This document shows, piece after piece, positions 1-12,704 of a DNA stretch of 64,000 nucleotides (position 1 is its first letter; each line of letters starts with the position of its first letter). Position numbers and translations under genes: made by a program. The stretch lies in NCBI GenBank assembly GCA_964016885.1, contig OZ024745.1:32054001-32118000 (forward strand), written 5' to 3'. The notes under the pieces are model-generated. The model searched no databases. It was not told the origin of the DNA and saw only the letters and a program-made list of their open reading frames with translations. The DNA comes from Eledone cirrhosa (Eukaryota).

Positions 1-977
1 TGAAAATGAAACATTCCACTTCACAGTGATAATTGCAATTCCATCATGACCTCATGTCATTTAAACAAACTTGAGACTCTATTTAATTAACCAAGAATGC
101 ATAGAGTATCTTCATATAGAGAAAATGTAACAGGGAAAATTTTATCAGTTGGAGAATACGATATTATAAACAAAACAAAACGAAAATCTTGCTTTTTTTT
201 AAATCACAGTCGTAATAGCTAATTTTTGTCTGACGGAGTGTACAACTTCTAAAATCGCTGCACAAATGGATTTTTAGGAACAGTATCGAAGTTAATTGCT
301 TAAGAGGTAAACTGCTTATTCTTTAAACTTTTTTGTAATGTCTACACCAGAGATGGAGAAGCTTTTTATATTGGAAGGCTCCATTGAAATTAACCGACCG
401 CCAATGATGTCACACTTTGAAAAAGATTGTCCCATCAAACTTCAGTTATTTTACCAAATAGAATTACAAATTTAAATAAAATAATATAATTGCTGCTGTT
501 GTTTTTGTTTTCTACGAATCATAATTCGCTGAAAAGATAGGCGTTAAATGAAACCAGCAAAAATATATTCCAATATGAAGGTTTGCTTTCGAACGTTGTG
601 CTTCTTTCGGAAGGCCATATGCGACCTTAAGATCACAGGATCCCTGCCCCTAGCGAACAGATAAAGATCTTAATATCATTGCTGCTATGTCACGTAAAGA
701 GGGACTAGTCTTGATTAAATTTCATCCTTGTGTGCCTAATACACAGTTTGAAAAGGCTATTCGGCATTTCCAAGTACAGAAATACATTCAACAATGTATC
801 TATACACCACGGCATAGAAATTTCTATCGCAGATATCCACATCAGCTTTTGATACATTTTTCCTGTTTATAATATACACTGAAATCGGAATTTTCCCAAG
901 CAGACATTCCAACGAAAGTCGCAATTAATCCTGTTGCTGTATCAACACACAAAAATAATATTCTCAGAAAATCAACA

Positions 978-1058
978 TTAGGTACTATTGCCATGCTTGT
1001 CCATGAAAATAAACTGGAAGGTATTATAAACATAGGCGTTTTTTGCCTTGTTGCTTGA
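978..1058 (-). CDS. Putative terminal coding exon of orphan acidic-repeat gene (SSNKAKNAYVYNTFQFIFMDKHGNST*)
   Basis: Minus-strand acceptor tttcattag at 1059-1060. An 81-nt phase-0 frame ends in TAA at 978-980 and matches the phase-0 donor of the upstream exon. Confidence 0.35.
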   Translation of the reverse strand, partial: SSNKAKNAYVYNTFQFIFMDKHGNST

Positions 1059-1842
1059 CTAATGAAATTTGTAATTAACCAGGTAAATACACATTGTTAA
1101 CAGTACACATGACGTTATAATGCTATTTTTCTATTAAATAAATCTTCTTGTGCACCTCCTTCTTATCAGCACTTATTTCATGCAATCTGTTCATCTCCCA
1201 GAACCTTATAATCAATTCCTTTTGTGTTAAACTTCTTTTGAAATTGCTACTCTCACTTAGAATTTGTAAACTCTAATTTTTAAATCTTTAATCTCACTTT
1301 GGACTGATATGTCTTCACTTGGAATCACAGGTGATGTGCTATGAAGGCCAACAGCGGCAGTTGAGATACAAGAGGCACACAGGGGTTATGCTAAGTGAAA
1401 ATCGCTGGGTATTAAATGGTTTACATGCCAGACTTGTTTGTTATTTCAGCAGTTGTCTAGGACAACAGTCAGTAAACTGTATGAAATGAGGGAGGTTGAA
1501 ATGAGTTGAAGGCTGCGATCAAGCGATGTGAGACCTCACTGATAAGTTCGAGCACAAAACTGTCATATGCAGAGTTGCTGGCAAAGTAGTTGATGTTTGT
1601 AATTATCGTCAGTAAACAGAAACCTGTACGATTCCCGGCATCATATATACATTGTTGTTGCTGTTGTTGTTGTTAGCTGAAGCTCAGCCTGATTGAGTAG
1701 AAATGTAGTCATTCTTCCTGTTTTCTAGGCCAATGCATCTAGAACTACATTTTACAATGTGTCCTTCTTTTTCTAAGTCTTTAGGTTATTATTTGATATA
1801 AATTTCGCTGTTATTTCTACCAGATCGAAGAACCACATAGAG

Positions 1843-1905
1843 CAGTGGTTTTCAAACCGTGCGCCGTGTCGTGAGATGTAACTCGATACACCGCAAAAAA
1901 CTACG
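1843..1905. mobile_element. Probable terminal fragment of a hAT (Charlie/SPIN-type) DNA transposon or MITE
   Basis: Begins CAGTGGTTTTCAAAC, resembling a hAT TIR. No partner end seen. Confidence 0.3.
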
Positions 1906-1972
1906 ATTAAGTTTTAAGATGTGAAAAAACAATTATGGAGAAGTTAAGAAATTGGAGGAAAACCTTACTAAC

Positions 1973-2391
1973 CTGTTGCGGTGAAGCTTCTGGCTGGTCG
2001 ATGACTATATGAAGATCATTTTTCTTCGCGGCATTTACATTCTCTTCAAGATTCACATCCTTTTCGAGATTTACATCTTCAAGCTTCACATTTTCTTCAG
2101 GCTTCTCATTTTCTTCAAGGTTCACATTTTCTTCAAGGTTCACATTTTCTTCAGGCTTCTCATTTTCTTCAAGTTTCCCATTTTCTTCAAAGGTCACGTT
2201 CTCTTCAAGTGTCACATTTTCTTCAGGCTTCTCATTTTCTTCAAGTTTCCCATTTTTTTCAAAGGTCACGTTCTCTTCAAGTGTCACATTTTCTTCAGTT
2301 GTTATCTCTACTACAGCCGGATCTTCAGTTATAATTTCTGTCGATTGTGTTTCTTCTGTCTTAACATCAATTTCAATTTGAGCATCGTTGG
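1973..2391 (-). CDS. Internal coding exon of an acidic Glu/Asn-rich repeat protein (EENVTL/EENEKP 6-aa units)
   Basis: Open frame with 18-bp subunits and a 72-bp higher-order repeat. Acceptor ttctgacag at about 2392-2400, donor CAG|gttagt at 1972. Length 419 nt, phase 1 in, phase 0 out. Confidence 0.65.
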
Positions 2392-2407
2392 CTGTCAGAA
2401 CACATAG

Positions 2408-2463
<56 letters not shown>

Positions 2464-2479
2464 GATATGTATATATACA

Positions 2480-4190
2480 TACACATAACCTCAACCACGA
2501 TCTCTTCTCCTTCCTCATCTCCACCAATCTCCACAAGCTCAATTCACTCCTTACCACAACCACCACCAACATCTGAGACACCTCCACCCCCACCTAACCC
2601 CACACGCCGTTTCCCCCACAACCAACCACACCCTCCCTTCCCTTTACCCTCTTCCACACCACCTCCTCCTCTCCCCCACCCTCCACTTATTGTCACCATA
2701 CCCCCAACCTCCCCCTCTCCGAACCTGAACGCTCACTCCTTAGTAGACGGCTGCGCTTCATACCCCACCCCCGTACAGCGACGAGTCCCGCACTCGAGCG
2801 GACGTCGAGCAGTGCGTGCGAAGCACCAAGCTACAGGCGCACTTCCATAACACTCCACCGACCCCGGACACCCCAGACTGCTTCCTCGCCCTGGGCCGAC
2901 GACCATCTTTTTAGACCCGGACAATTCAGCACATTGGCCCCCTTTGTGATGTCTGCCGTAGCGCAATAAACCGCTTTGACTTCCGCCACCGCTCCAAACG
3001 GAGTAAAATCTCTTGGGCTGAACTCCTCGCTCTCCTCTCCCTCCGTAACCGTGATAACACCGTCATCAAACAGGCGGACAAGGGAGGCGCCGTGGTGGTG
3101 TGGTGCGCTGATCTCAACATGGTTGAAGCCCTTAGGCAGCTCCGCAACACCCTTTTCTACCGCTCCCTACACTCTAACTCTACGCGCCACTACCAGCAAC
3201 AAGTTTCCACCACCATCCAACACCTCGTCTCCTCCTCCCTCCTACCTCCCACCTCATCGTCCGCACCTCCGCATCCCCACCATCTATTTCCTTTCCAAAA
3301 TCCACAAACCTGACACCCCCGGCCACCCCATCGTCTCCACTGGAAACTGCCCTACCGAACTCACCGTCACCGCCCTCCCCTCCCACATTTCCGACACCAA
3401 CCACGCCCTCCGCCTTTTTGACTCCCTCACCATCCCACCCGGCCCTCCGCCCTCCTCTTCACCTTAGACATAAAATCCCTGTACACTGTCATCCCTCACG
3501 CCAATGGCTTACGCACCCTCCAGCACTATCTCGACCTTTGTCCCTCTCCTGTCCCCTCCACCTCCACGAGCTGGTCCTCACCCTTAACTGCTTCTCCCTC
3601 TCGGGTGAATTTTAACCAACAAGTCTCTGGGGTAGCCATGGGCACAAGAATGGGCCCCAACTATGCCAACCTTTTCGTTGGTCATGTTGAGGTCCAAATC
3701 TTTGCCCAATACACTGGTACCACCCCCGAACTATACGGTCATAATATTGACAACTATATCAGGGCCACAATTCTCACCCGAGAACAGCTCAACTCCTTTC
3801 TCTCTTTCCTCTGTTCCTTCTACCCCTCCCTCCATTTCCCCCACCTCGAATTCCACTACCCACGTCCCCTTCTTGGACATGTCCATAGCCATCGCCATCG
3901 ACCCGTCCTACCGCTCACTCATCACCTCCGTTTTCTTCAAATCCACAGAGTGCCACTCCTACCTCGACTTTACCTCCTCACACCCCATACACACCAAACA
4001 CTCCATTCCTTACTCCCAACTCTTCCAGATCCGCCGCCTTTGCAGCCAAGATACGGACTTCGAGACCCAGGCCCTTTCTTTGGTTCGTCATTTCGCCCGG
4101 AGCGGTTAACCCCCATCCCCTCGTCCATGCCACCCTTGCCAGTGACCGAGCTGTCCCTGCACCTTCCGCAAGAGAGAGATGGCCGCTGAC
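2480..4190 (+). mobile_element. Degenerate Penelope-like element, reverse transcriptase region (frameshifted)
   Basis: PLE RT motifs across frames: IYFLSKIHKPDTPGHPIVSTGNCPTE, GVAMGTRMGPNYANLF, PFLDM, HSYLDFTSSHPIHTKHSIPYSQ..IRRLCS. C-rich strand bias. 5' end abuts (TA)n. Confidence 0.85.
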
Positions 4191-4263
4191 CTACTTACAC
4201 AACTGCCACCATAGTAAAATAGGTCAACTGGACCGAAACAACCCTACTTACAGATATAGCTGA

Positions 4264-4747
4264 CAAGCTGAAAAACCACCCTTCGTGTGGTTTTCTGCTA
4301 GCATGTGTAGTGTGTATATTGATATTATACGCAAGTATATATGCATATAGATATGATACATCAAATAAAATCATAATTGACAATATACACAGAAATTGAA
4401 CGAAGACTGCGTTACATTGTTTTATGTAATCAGTAACGTAATCCATGATACATTAAAAAAAAGACGATATTATATATAAACTACATTAGGAGAAAATTAG
4501 TGACGGAAATATATGAATGTTTATTTAAGCGATCGCTAACCGGAAGTGTTGACATTTGAAAATTGTAAAGAAGTGAATATTTAAATAAACAATAAAATAT
4601 ATATAATCAACAGCTAGGAAATTTAGTAGATAAATTATGTAATATTCATTCATTATTTATTCAAAGTAATCCAACTTATTTTATTAAGGGGATAAAAAAT
4701 TATAAACCGTACGCAGTCCCACACTCCTTATTTTATTATAGTTTAGA
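4264..4747 (-). mobile_element. Non-autonomous Helitron, copy 1 (inverted relative to 11080-11570)
   Basis: Reverse complement of the 11080-11570 element. 5' TC at 4747-4746 follows an A. The 3' hairpin end is slightly decayed. Confidence 0.75.
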
Positions 4748-5994
4748 TTGTTAAAATCAACTATGGCGGGCTGACCTGCTTCAAGGACAACTGACCTGTC
4801 ATGATAATATCTGACCAATGAGAAGAAATTATACCCTTTGGATGCCAGAGTCCGTTCATTTTAGTTCATATGCCGCATTTTCTTTGGATAATAACACCAC
4901 TTTCCGGATCTGGGCGTATCAACAAATTAACAAGGTAAACTCTATTCCTCCATTATGTTTCCATGTTTTTTTCTGTTCTAGTTCTACCTGCCTGATGGGA
5001 TCATAACTGTTGAACTATGGTTATCACTGAAATATATATTACACAAAATATGAATAAACGAAGTTAATTTTAATCTGTTGACTTACATTTCTTGTTGTAA
5101 ATTACTCCGGAGGAAACAGACTCACCTGCACACCTCGTTCATTGCTCTAACCTGGATACTAAAGTGCTGGTAAGCAACCAACACAAACTCAATATATATA
5201 CATATACGTATATATATCCCGAGTTAAATTGGGTGGAGCCATAGTTAATAAGGTACTCAATACCTTAGTAGAGTATAAACACTCCTACAGAGATCAAAAG
5301 GTAGTAATCTCTCTGTCGCTTGTCAAACAAGTCAGTCAATCATGACGATATTTAAAGGGGAACAGAGCAATGTCAAATTTAGATACCATTGTAAGCTCAG
5401 TTGACCTGAAACATTTGATAGGCAGAAAAAAGTTGATTATATAATACGCCCTAGGAAAGAAGTTAGTAGATACAATTCCTTTACTTGTACTAGATATCTG
5501 AGAATAATACAAAGCATTACAAAACCAAAAATACGATTGTGAATCGTCTCTTGAACTGAGGCATTGAATTGACTAAATTTACCATAAAATCCACTTCTAT
5601 TTCATTACATAGCTTCACTGCTAGGTTAAAGAGCTGGTTACAGTTTGTAACTATATTACTCAAATTTATTCTTGAAATAGGATCATATGTTTTCAATGGA
5701 AGTAAGTAAATTTCATTACAATAAATCAATCATGCGTGCATCAGGAGAGATTATATTTTACATTTTCATGATGGAATGTTAGTAATTGTTGCTGTTCATT
5801 GAAGATTGACACCAAAGCCCCTGCTAGCAGTTTCACATACATTTGTTGTAGAGGCACAACTTGTTGGTTATAGAAGACTCCCCCAAACTATTGAAGAAAC
5901 ATCAGCTTGAGTTGTGGTCTGTGTGTTGCCACTGGTTGACTTTTGCTGCATACGTATCTCCTACAGCTGAAATTTATTATTGGCTCATAAGAGA

Positions 5995-6140
5995 GGTGTG
6001 CGGTAAGGGTGTTGGACTTACGATCATAATGTCGTGAGTTCGATTCCTGGACAGGGTTGTGTGTTGTGTTCTTGAGCAAAACACTTCATTTCACAATGCT
6101 CCGGTATGTTCAGCTGAAAACGAGTACCAGCAATTGCTAG
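5995..6140 (+). mobile_element. tRNA-derived SINE fragment
   Basis: B-box-like GAGTTCGATTCC followed by a central domain gtgttcttgagcaaaacactt. Confidence 0.55.
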
Positions 6141-6576
6141 TGGTTTACTTTTTGAATTTTATGGGGTCTGTTTGTGTTTTAATGTGTTTTGGTGTAATGA
6201 GAGCAGGACCAATTGAAGTGAAATAATTGTGCCATAATGTTGTTATGAGATGAGAGTTTGATTTTTGTTGTGGGCCAATAGCACAGCATATACATTTATA
6301 TATATATATCAGGGGCATATCTGTAGGGCATGAACTATGTATAGCAAACATGCAAGATAATGACTACCTCAAGAAGTTAACTAACAAGCAAAATTGAATT
6401 CCGAACCTTGAAGTCAGAGACATTATACAGATCATCTTCACCATATTTCGGAAGATTTAAACCAGATTGACAGAATACAACATTATATATACTTTGTCTT
6501 GGTCTTCTGTTATAATGTTATTCACATCCAAGATGCTTCATAAGAATATTATATCTACCTTAATACTTAACAGATA

Positions 6577-6771
6577 CGAGGGTGGAGAGAAAATCATAGG
6601 CTGACTATGAAAGAGTGACACTAGAGCTGTGAAATCTTGCATGCATTAATTTCAACATTTTTTTATTAATAACTGTCTTATTGTTTCTTTCTATGGATTA
6701 TGTTGAACAAATAAACCTCATTTGGTAATTCCATGAGAGTATCTTAGTATGAACTTTTCAGCCAACCCTCG
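6577..6771. mobile_element. Tc1/mariner-type MITE
   Basis: TA|CGAGGGTGG...AATCATA and TATGAACTTTTCAGCCAACCCTCG|TA imperfect TIRs with TA target duplication. A related partial copy lies at about 53058-53192. Confidence 0.7.
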
Positions 6772-7665
6772 TATTTTATTTGATTCACTCCAGAGAGGTG
6801 ACCGACAAAATTGACCGTGACAGGATTTGAACTGAGAACGTAAAGAGCTATAACTAAATGGCACAAACGTTTTGTCTGATGCGTGAACGATTTTGCCAAT
6901 CTACCATCTAATAAATATATCATAAATAAGAATGCACAACAGAATCATGAAAGTTCTCAGTTGTAGAACAGAAAATTGTGATGAAAACTTATTATATATG
7001 CCGTAAAAATTTTTGTTGAAGAATATATTTCACAGTGTTCTGAACTCATTAATACTCAGAAGCAATGAAACAATAGATGGATTATTTATATTGACTGTTA
7101 TTGGTGAGATAGAATTAATCCAGTGGAGTATGTCCTCTCAGTTACCACCTCTCCACAGTGTTTATTAGCTAATGTTAAACAGTGGTTTTCAGAGTTTTGA
7201 CTAAGATTACAAAGCAGTTCCAATAACAGGATTACAAAGTTTCCATTTTATTTCAATTTACTGAAGTTTAGCCCTAGACCCACCCTAATTAAACAGAACT
7301 GTAATCAAAAACATTCCAGCTGTAAACATTCTGTCATTTAAAGGATGTTCAGGACTTCATTATTCTATATCCTTCTCATTTTAAGATGATAGCGTTTGAC
7401 TTGATAGAAATTTGGCTGATATTTCTAGCAAATCAAGAAACCACATAGGGGCTCCTTCGTTGATGTGGGAATGTGTCCGTAGACGTTGTAGGGTTCTCTC
7501 AGACACTAGACTAATCATAGCTAGATAATGCTGAATGTTTAATATTTGATTGGGTTTCTTGCAGATTAATGGTAGGAGAGAAAATATAGAAAGATAAGAT
7601 CCAAAAGATCTGATCTGGAAATGAGAAAAGTGCTTAGTTCAGGTTTCAGACACGTAAAAAGCTGA

Positions 7666-10291
7666 TAATAGACTCAAGTCAAATGTGAAATATTAGTCCC
7701 ATTTCAACCGGTAATAGACTCAAGCCAAATGTGAAATATTAGTCCCATTTCAACCGGTAATAGACTCAAGTCAAATGTGAAATATTAGTCCCGTTTCAAC
7801 CGGTAATAGACTCAAGCCAAATGTGAAATATTAGTCCCATTTCAACCGGTAATAGACTCAAGCCAAATGTGAAATATTAGTCCAACCGGTAATAGACTCA
7901 AGCCAAATGTGAAATATTAGTCCCATTTCAACCGGTAATAGACTCAAGCCAAATGTGAAATATTAGTCCCATTTCAACCGGTAATAGACTCAAGCCAAAT
8001 GTGAAATATTAGTCCCATTTCAACCGGTAATAGACTCAAGCCAAATGTGAAATATTAGTCCCATTTCAACCGGTAATAGACTCAAGCCAAATGTGAAATA
8101 TTAGTCCCATTTCAACCGGTAATAGACTCAAGCCAAATGTGAAATATTAGTCCCATTTCAACCGGTAATAGACTCAAGCCAAATGTGAAATATTAGTCCC
8201 ATTTCAACCGGTAATAGACTCAAGCCAAATGTGAAATATTAGTCCCATTTCAACTGGTAATAGACTCAAGCCAAATGTGAAATATTAGTCCCATTTCAAC
8301 TGGTAATAGACTCAAGCCAAATGTGAAATATTAGTCCCATTTCAACCGGTAATAGACTCAAGCCAAATGTGAAATATTAGTCCCATTTCAACCGGTAATA
8401 GACTCAAGCCAAATGTGAAATATTAGTCCCATTTCAACCGGTAATAGACTCAAGCCAAATGTGAAATATTAGTCCCATTTCAACCGGTAATAGACTCAAG
8501 CCTAATGTGAAATATTACTCCCATTTCAACCGGTAATAGACTCAAGCCAAATGTGAAATATTAGTCCCATTTCAACCGGTAATAGACTCAAGCCAAATGT
8601 GAAATATTAGTCCCATTTCAACCGGTAATAGACTCAAGCCAAATGTGAAATATTAGTCCCATTTCAACCGGTAATAGACTCAAGCCAAATGTGAAATATT
8701 AGTCCCATTTCAACCGGTAATAGACTCAAGCCAGATGTGAAATATTAGTCCCATTTCAACCGGTAATAGACTCAAGCCAAATGTGAAATATTAGTCCCAT
8801 TTCAACCGGTAATAGACTCAAGCCAAATGTGAAATATTAGTCCCATTTCAACCGGTAATAGACTCAAGCCAAATGTGAAATATTAGTCCCATTTCAACCG
8901 GTAATAGACTCAAGCCAAATGTGAAATATTAGTCCCATTTCAACCGGTAATAGACTCAAGCCAGATGTGAAATATTAGTCCCATTTCAACTGGTAACAGA
9001 CTCAAGCCAAATGTGAAATATTAGTCCCATTTCAACTGGTAACAGACTCAAGCCAAATGTGAAATATTAGTCCCATTTCAACTGGTAACAGACTCAAGCC
9101 AAATGTGAAATATTAGTCCCATTTCAACCGGTAATAGACTCAAGCCAAATGTGAAATATTAGTCCCATTTCAACCGGTAATAGACTCAAGCCAAATGTGA
9201 AATATTAGTCCCATTTCAACCGGTAACAGACTCAAGCCAAATGTGAAATATTACTCCCATTTCAACTGGTAATAGACTCAAGCCAAATGTGAAATATTAG
9301 TCCCATTTCAATCGGTAATAGACTCAAGCAAAATGTGAAATATTAGTCCCATTTCAACCGGTAATAGACTCAAGCCAAATGTGAAATATTACTCCCATTT
9401 CAACTGGTAATAGACTCAAGCCAAATGTGAAATATTACTCCCATTTCAACTGGTAATAGACTCAAGCCAAATGTGAAATATTAGTCCCATTTCAATCGGT
9501 AATAGACTCAAGCCAAATGTGAAATATTAGTCCCATTTCAACCGGTAATAGACTCAAGCCAAATGTGAAATATTAGTCCCATTTCAATCGGTAATAGACT
9601 CAAGCCAAATGTGAAATATTAGTCCCATTTCAACCGGTAACAGACTCAAGCCAAATGTGAAATATTAGTCCCATTTCAACTGGTAACAGACTCAAGCCAA
9701 ATGTGAAATATTAGTCCCATTTCAACTGGTAACAGACTCAAGCCAAATGTGAAATATTAGTCCCATTTCAACCGGTAATAGACTCAAGCCAAATGTGAAA
9801 TATTAGTCCCATTTCAACCGGTAATAGACTCAAGCCAAATGTGAAATATTAGTCCCATTTCAACTGGTAACAGACTCAAGCCAAATGTGAAATATTAGTC
9901 CCATTTCAACTGGTAATAGGCTCAAGCCAAATGTGAAATATTAGTCCCATTTCAACCGGTAATAGACTCAAGCCAAATGTGAAATATTAGTCCCATTTCA
10001 ACTGGTAACAGACTCAAGCCAAATGTGAAATATTAGTCCCATTTCAACTGGTAACAGACTCAAGCCAAATGTGAAATATTACTCCCATTTCAACTGGTAA
10101 CAGACTCAAGCCAAATGTGAAATATTACTCCCATTTCAACTGGTAACAGACTCAAGCCAAATGTGAAATATTACTCCCATTTCAACTGGTAACAGACTCA
10201 AGCCAAATGTGAAATATTAGTCCCATTTCAACCGGTAATAGACTCAAGCCAAATGTGAAATATTACTCCCATTTCAACCGGTAATAGACTC
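7666..10291. repeat. 46-bp minisatellite, about 57 copies
   Basis: Head-to-tail unit GTAATAGACTCAAGCCAAATGTGAAATATTAGTCCCATTTCAACCG with point variants and no unique spacers. Confidence 0.97.
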
Positions 10292-11079
10292 CCACTGAGA
10301 CCCAAGAATATGTGAGCATAGCAAAAGCCTTGTTCCAGGCGTGTGAACAGTAATCGAGATGTATGATTAGTAGATGAGGTGTAGGAAGAGTAATTATAAC
10401 ATTGATCAGTGATCAAGGCTTTGAGCAGTTAGCAGAAGTAGAGAATATTTAAGCTTTGCATCATTATTTTCTGTCATCCTTACGGGGTCGATAAAATAAA
10501 GTACCAGTAATGTACTGGGTAATTGCTGGCCTTGTGCCAAAAAGTAGAAACAATTATTTTCTGTCATTGAGAATGAAGCCTATATTTTGTAGCACAGTTT
10601 TGATTATATAGAGAACACGTAAGGTTGTTGTGAAACACTATTAGAGATTGTAGGAAAGGAATGTGGTGAAATTTAGTTCCTAAAGTGGGATGATGCAGTT
10701 ATGTGGTTTAAATTCTAGAAATAATTTTAGTTTTGATTATTACCGGATGTTTTTTCATAGATAGATGTTGAGGTTGTGTTTAAAGGAAACATGTTCATGG
10801 AATGGAGAAAAAACTAGTTCAATCGTACAGTCATATAAAAAATAAGATTGTGGGAAATCGATAAACTGAGCTATGGAGTAGAAGAAACAAAACAAATTAG
10901 ATACTATGTTGCTAGATACACCTACAAAGACGTCATGTTCATAGCTAGTATAACTTTTGATCATAGATCTGCTCAGATTACAGTTCTGTTTAATTTCTTC
11001 TTTTCTTTCTTTTTATAACTGAAAAGATGTCAACTATATTTTACAACAGAAGTTATACAATGATGGAAATGTGAATATA

Positions 11080-11570
11080 TCTATATATATCAACTATAAT
11101 AAAGAATGGAGTGCGTGACTGCGTCCAGAATATATTTTTTAATCCCGTTTGTAAAATAAGTTGGATTACTTTGAATAAATAATAAATGAATATTACATAC
11201 TTTATCTAATAAATTTTGTGGCTGTTGATTAAATATATGTTATTGCTTATTTAAAGATTCACTTCTTTAAAATTTTCAAATGTCAACACTTCCGGTTAGC
11301 GATCGCTTAAATAAACATTCATATATTTCCGTCACTAATTTTCTCCTAATGCAGTTTATATATAATATCGTCTTTTTTTAATGTTTCATGGATTGCGTTA
11401 CTGATTACATAAGACAGTGTAACGCAGTCTTCGTTCAATTTCTGTGTATATTGTCAATTACGATTTTATTTGATGTATTATATCTACATGCATATATAGT
11501 TGCGTATAATATCAATATGCACACTACACATGCTAGCAGAAAACCACCCGAAGAGTGGCTTTTCTGCTAG
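11080..11570 (+). mobile_element. Non-autonomous Helitron, copy 2
   Basis: A|TC 5' end at 11080. 3' hairpin GCAGAAAACCAC-CCGAAGA-GTGGCTTTTCTGC ending CTAG|T at 11570. No TSD, consistent with Helitron A|T insertion. Confidence 0.8.
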
Positions 11571-11699
11571 TATATATAATGACCAGAGCAAGAGAAAAAG
11601 AAAAAAAAACAGAAGTAAAAACAAAAACTAAAATGACCATCAATACACCACTAAGTGCGACAATCGGCCGCACATCACAAGGGTCAATGGACTATTTTG

Positions 11700-11860
11700 A
11701 AGCAAGCCAACACTCTCGCAACATTGCCACGGGTGATGACGAGGCTAAGGCGCAGAAACAACTAGGGACCTCAGCAAGGCGAGCTGCCAGTAATGACAAG
11801 AACTTCGCTGTCAGTGGCCCAACTCCACTAAACGTCTTGAATGCCACAGGCTGAAAAGTT
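11700..11860 (-). mobile_element. C-terminal remnant of a restriction-like-endonuclease (CRE/R2-group) non-LTR retrotransposon
   Basis: Minus strand reads FQPVAFKTFSGVGP...LAARLA, then after a frameshift LRLSLVITRGNVA. This resembles the FxPxAxETxGxxG...RLSxxxxRGN terminus of RLE elements. Confidence 0.55.
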
Positions 11861-12135
11861 TAATTAGGGTGGATCTGAGGCTAAACAACAATCCAACTTC
11901 AGTAAACTTAAATAAAACGGAAACATTGTAATCCTGTTATTGGAACTACTTTGTAATCTTAGTCAAAATTCTCAACACCACTGTTTAACATTAACTAATA
12001 AAGGGCAGAACTGAGGTTAAACAATAACTTGGGATACTACAGTTCAGTTACGTCAGTGTCATGAAAGAATTAAATGAAACTATAATTAATTAAGAAAATA
12101 TTTTTACTTCAGAGGGTAAAAATAAATGCTCTTAC

Positions 12136-12163
12136 TTGTAGATATGTTTTCTTCTAAATCCAT
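12136..12163 (-). CDS. Putative first coding mini-exon of the acidic-repeat gene (MDLEENIST+)
   Basis: ATG at 12163 and a gtaaga donor at 12135. The 28-nt length gives phase 1, matching the exon at 2391. The LEEN motif matches the downstream repeat. Upstream acceptor tttag at 12181. Confidence 0.45.
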
Positions 12164-12704
12164 TATATCTCAGATGCTGACTAAATGTAATATATATATG
12201 TATGTTTTGTGAGATTCCTAGCAATGGTTAATTCTATTTGTTATATGTATTTATATTTGTGTTCATCAACGACATTATAGATGCATATGTTACATCTGTG
12301 TCTGTGTGAAATATGTATGTATAAATATATATAAGTATGTATGTGAGTGTTTGTAGGTCTGTCTGTGTTAAGAATATTTTTTGTCTCACTTAATATTTAA
12401 ATTACCTCCTGGAATCTGTGTTTTGTGGAAGAATACTGTCACAGATTCAATTATTAAACCAAAGGAATGTGTTAAAAGCTTCATTGGTCAAGTGATGTGT
12501 TATCTCAAGTGGTCATTTAGCAAATAACACTCCTCCTTCCTATCTTCCAATCCCCTTCATTAAATTAAACATTAAAGTTACATTAACTGTAATATTATCA
12601 GAAAATTCCCAATTCCAAAACATGTAGAGTTTCGTTATTGTTGTTGCTGTTGGTCGTCTGACTGTTGTATTTGTTGTTGTTGTTGTTGTGGGGATTTATA
12701 TATA

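Noticed and set aside
2392-2593. N-terminal part of the 228-aa ORF at 1907-2593
   Set aside because: It runs through (TA)n and antisense PLE sequence upstream of the splice acceptor and is not part of the exon.
5815-5912. Possible minus-strand hammerhead (CTGATGT...GAAACTGCTAGCAG)
   Set aside because: The core lacks A9, there is no NUH triplet after the palindrome, and stem II is unconvincing. At best a decayed relic.
7666-10291. CRISPR-like appearance of the regular array (contains ATTTCAA)
   Set aside because: Units are contiguous with no unique spacers, there are no cas genes, and the context is eukaryotic.
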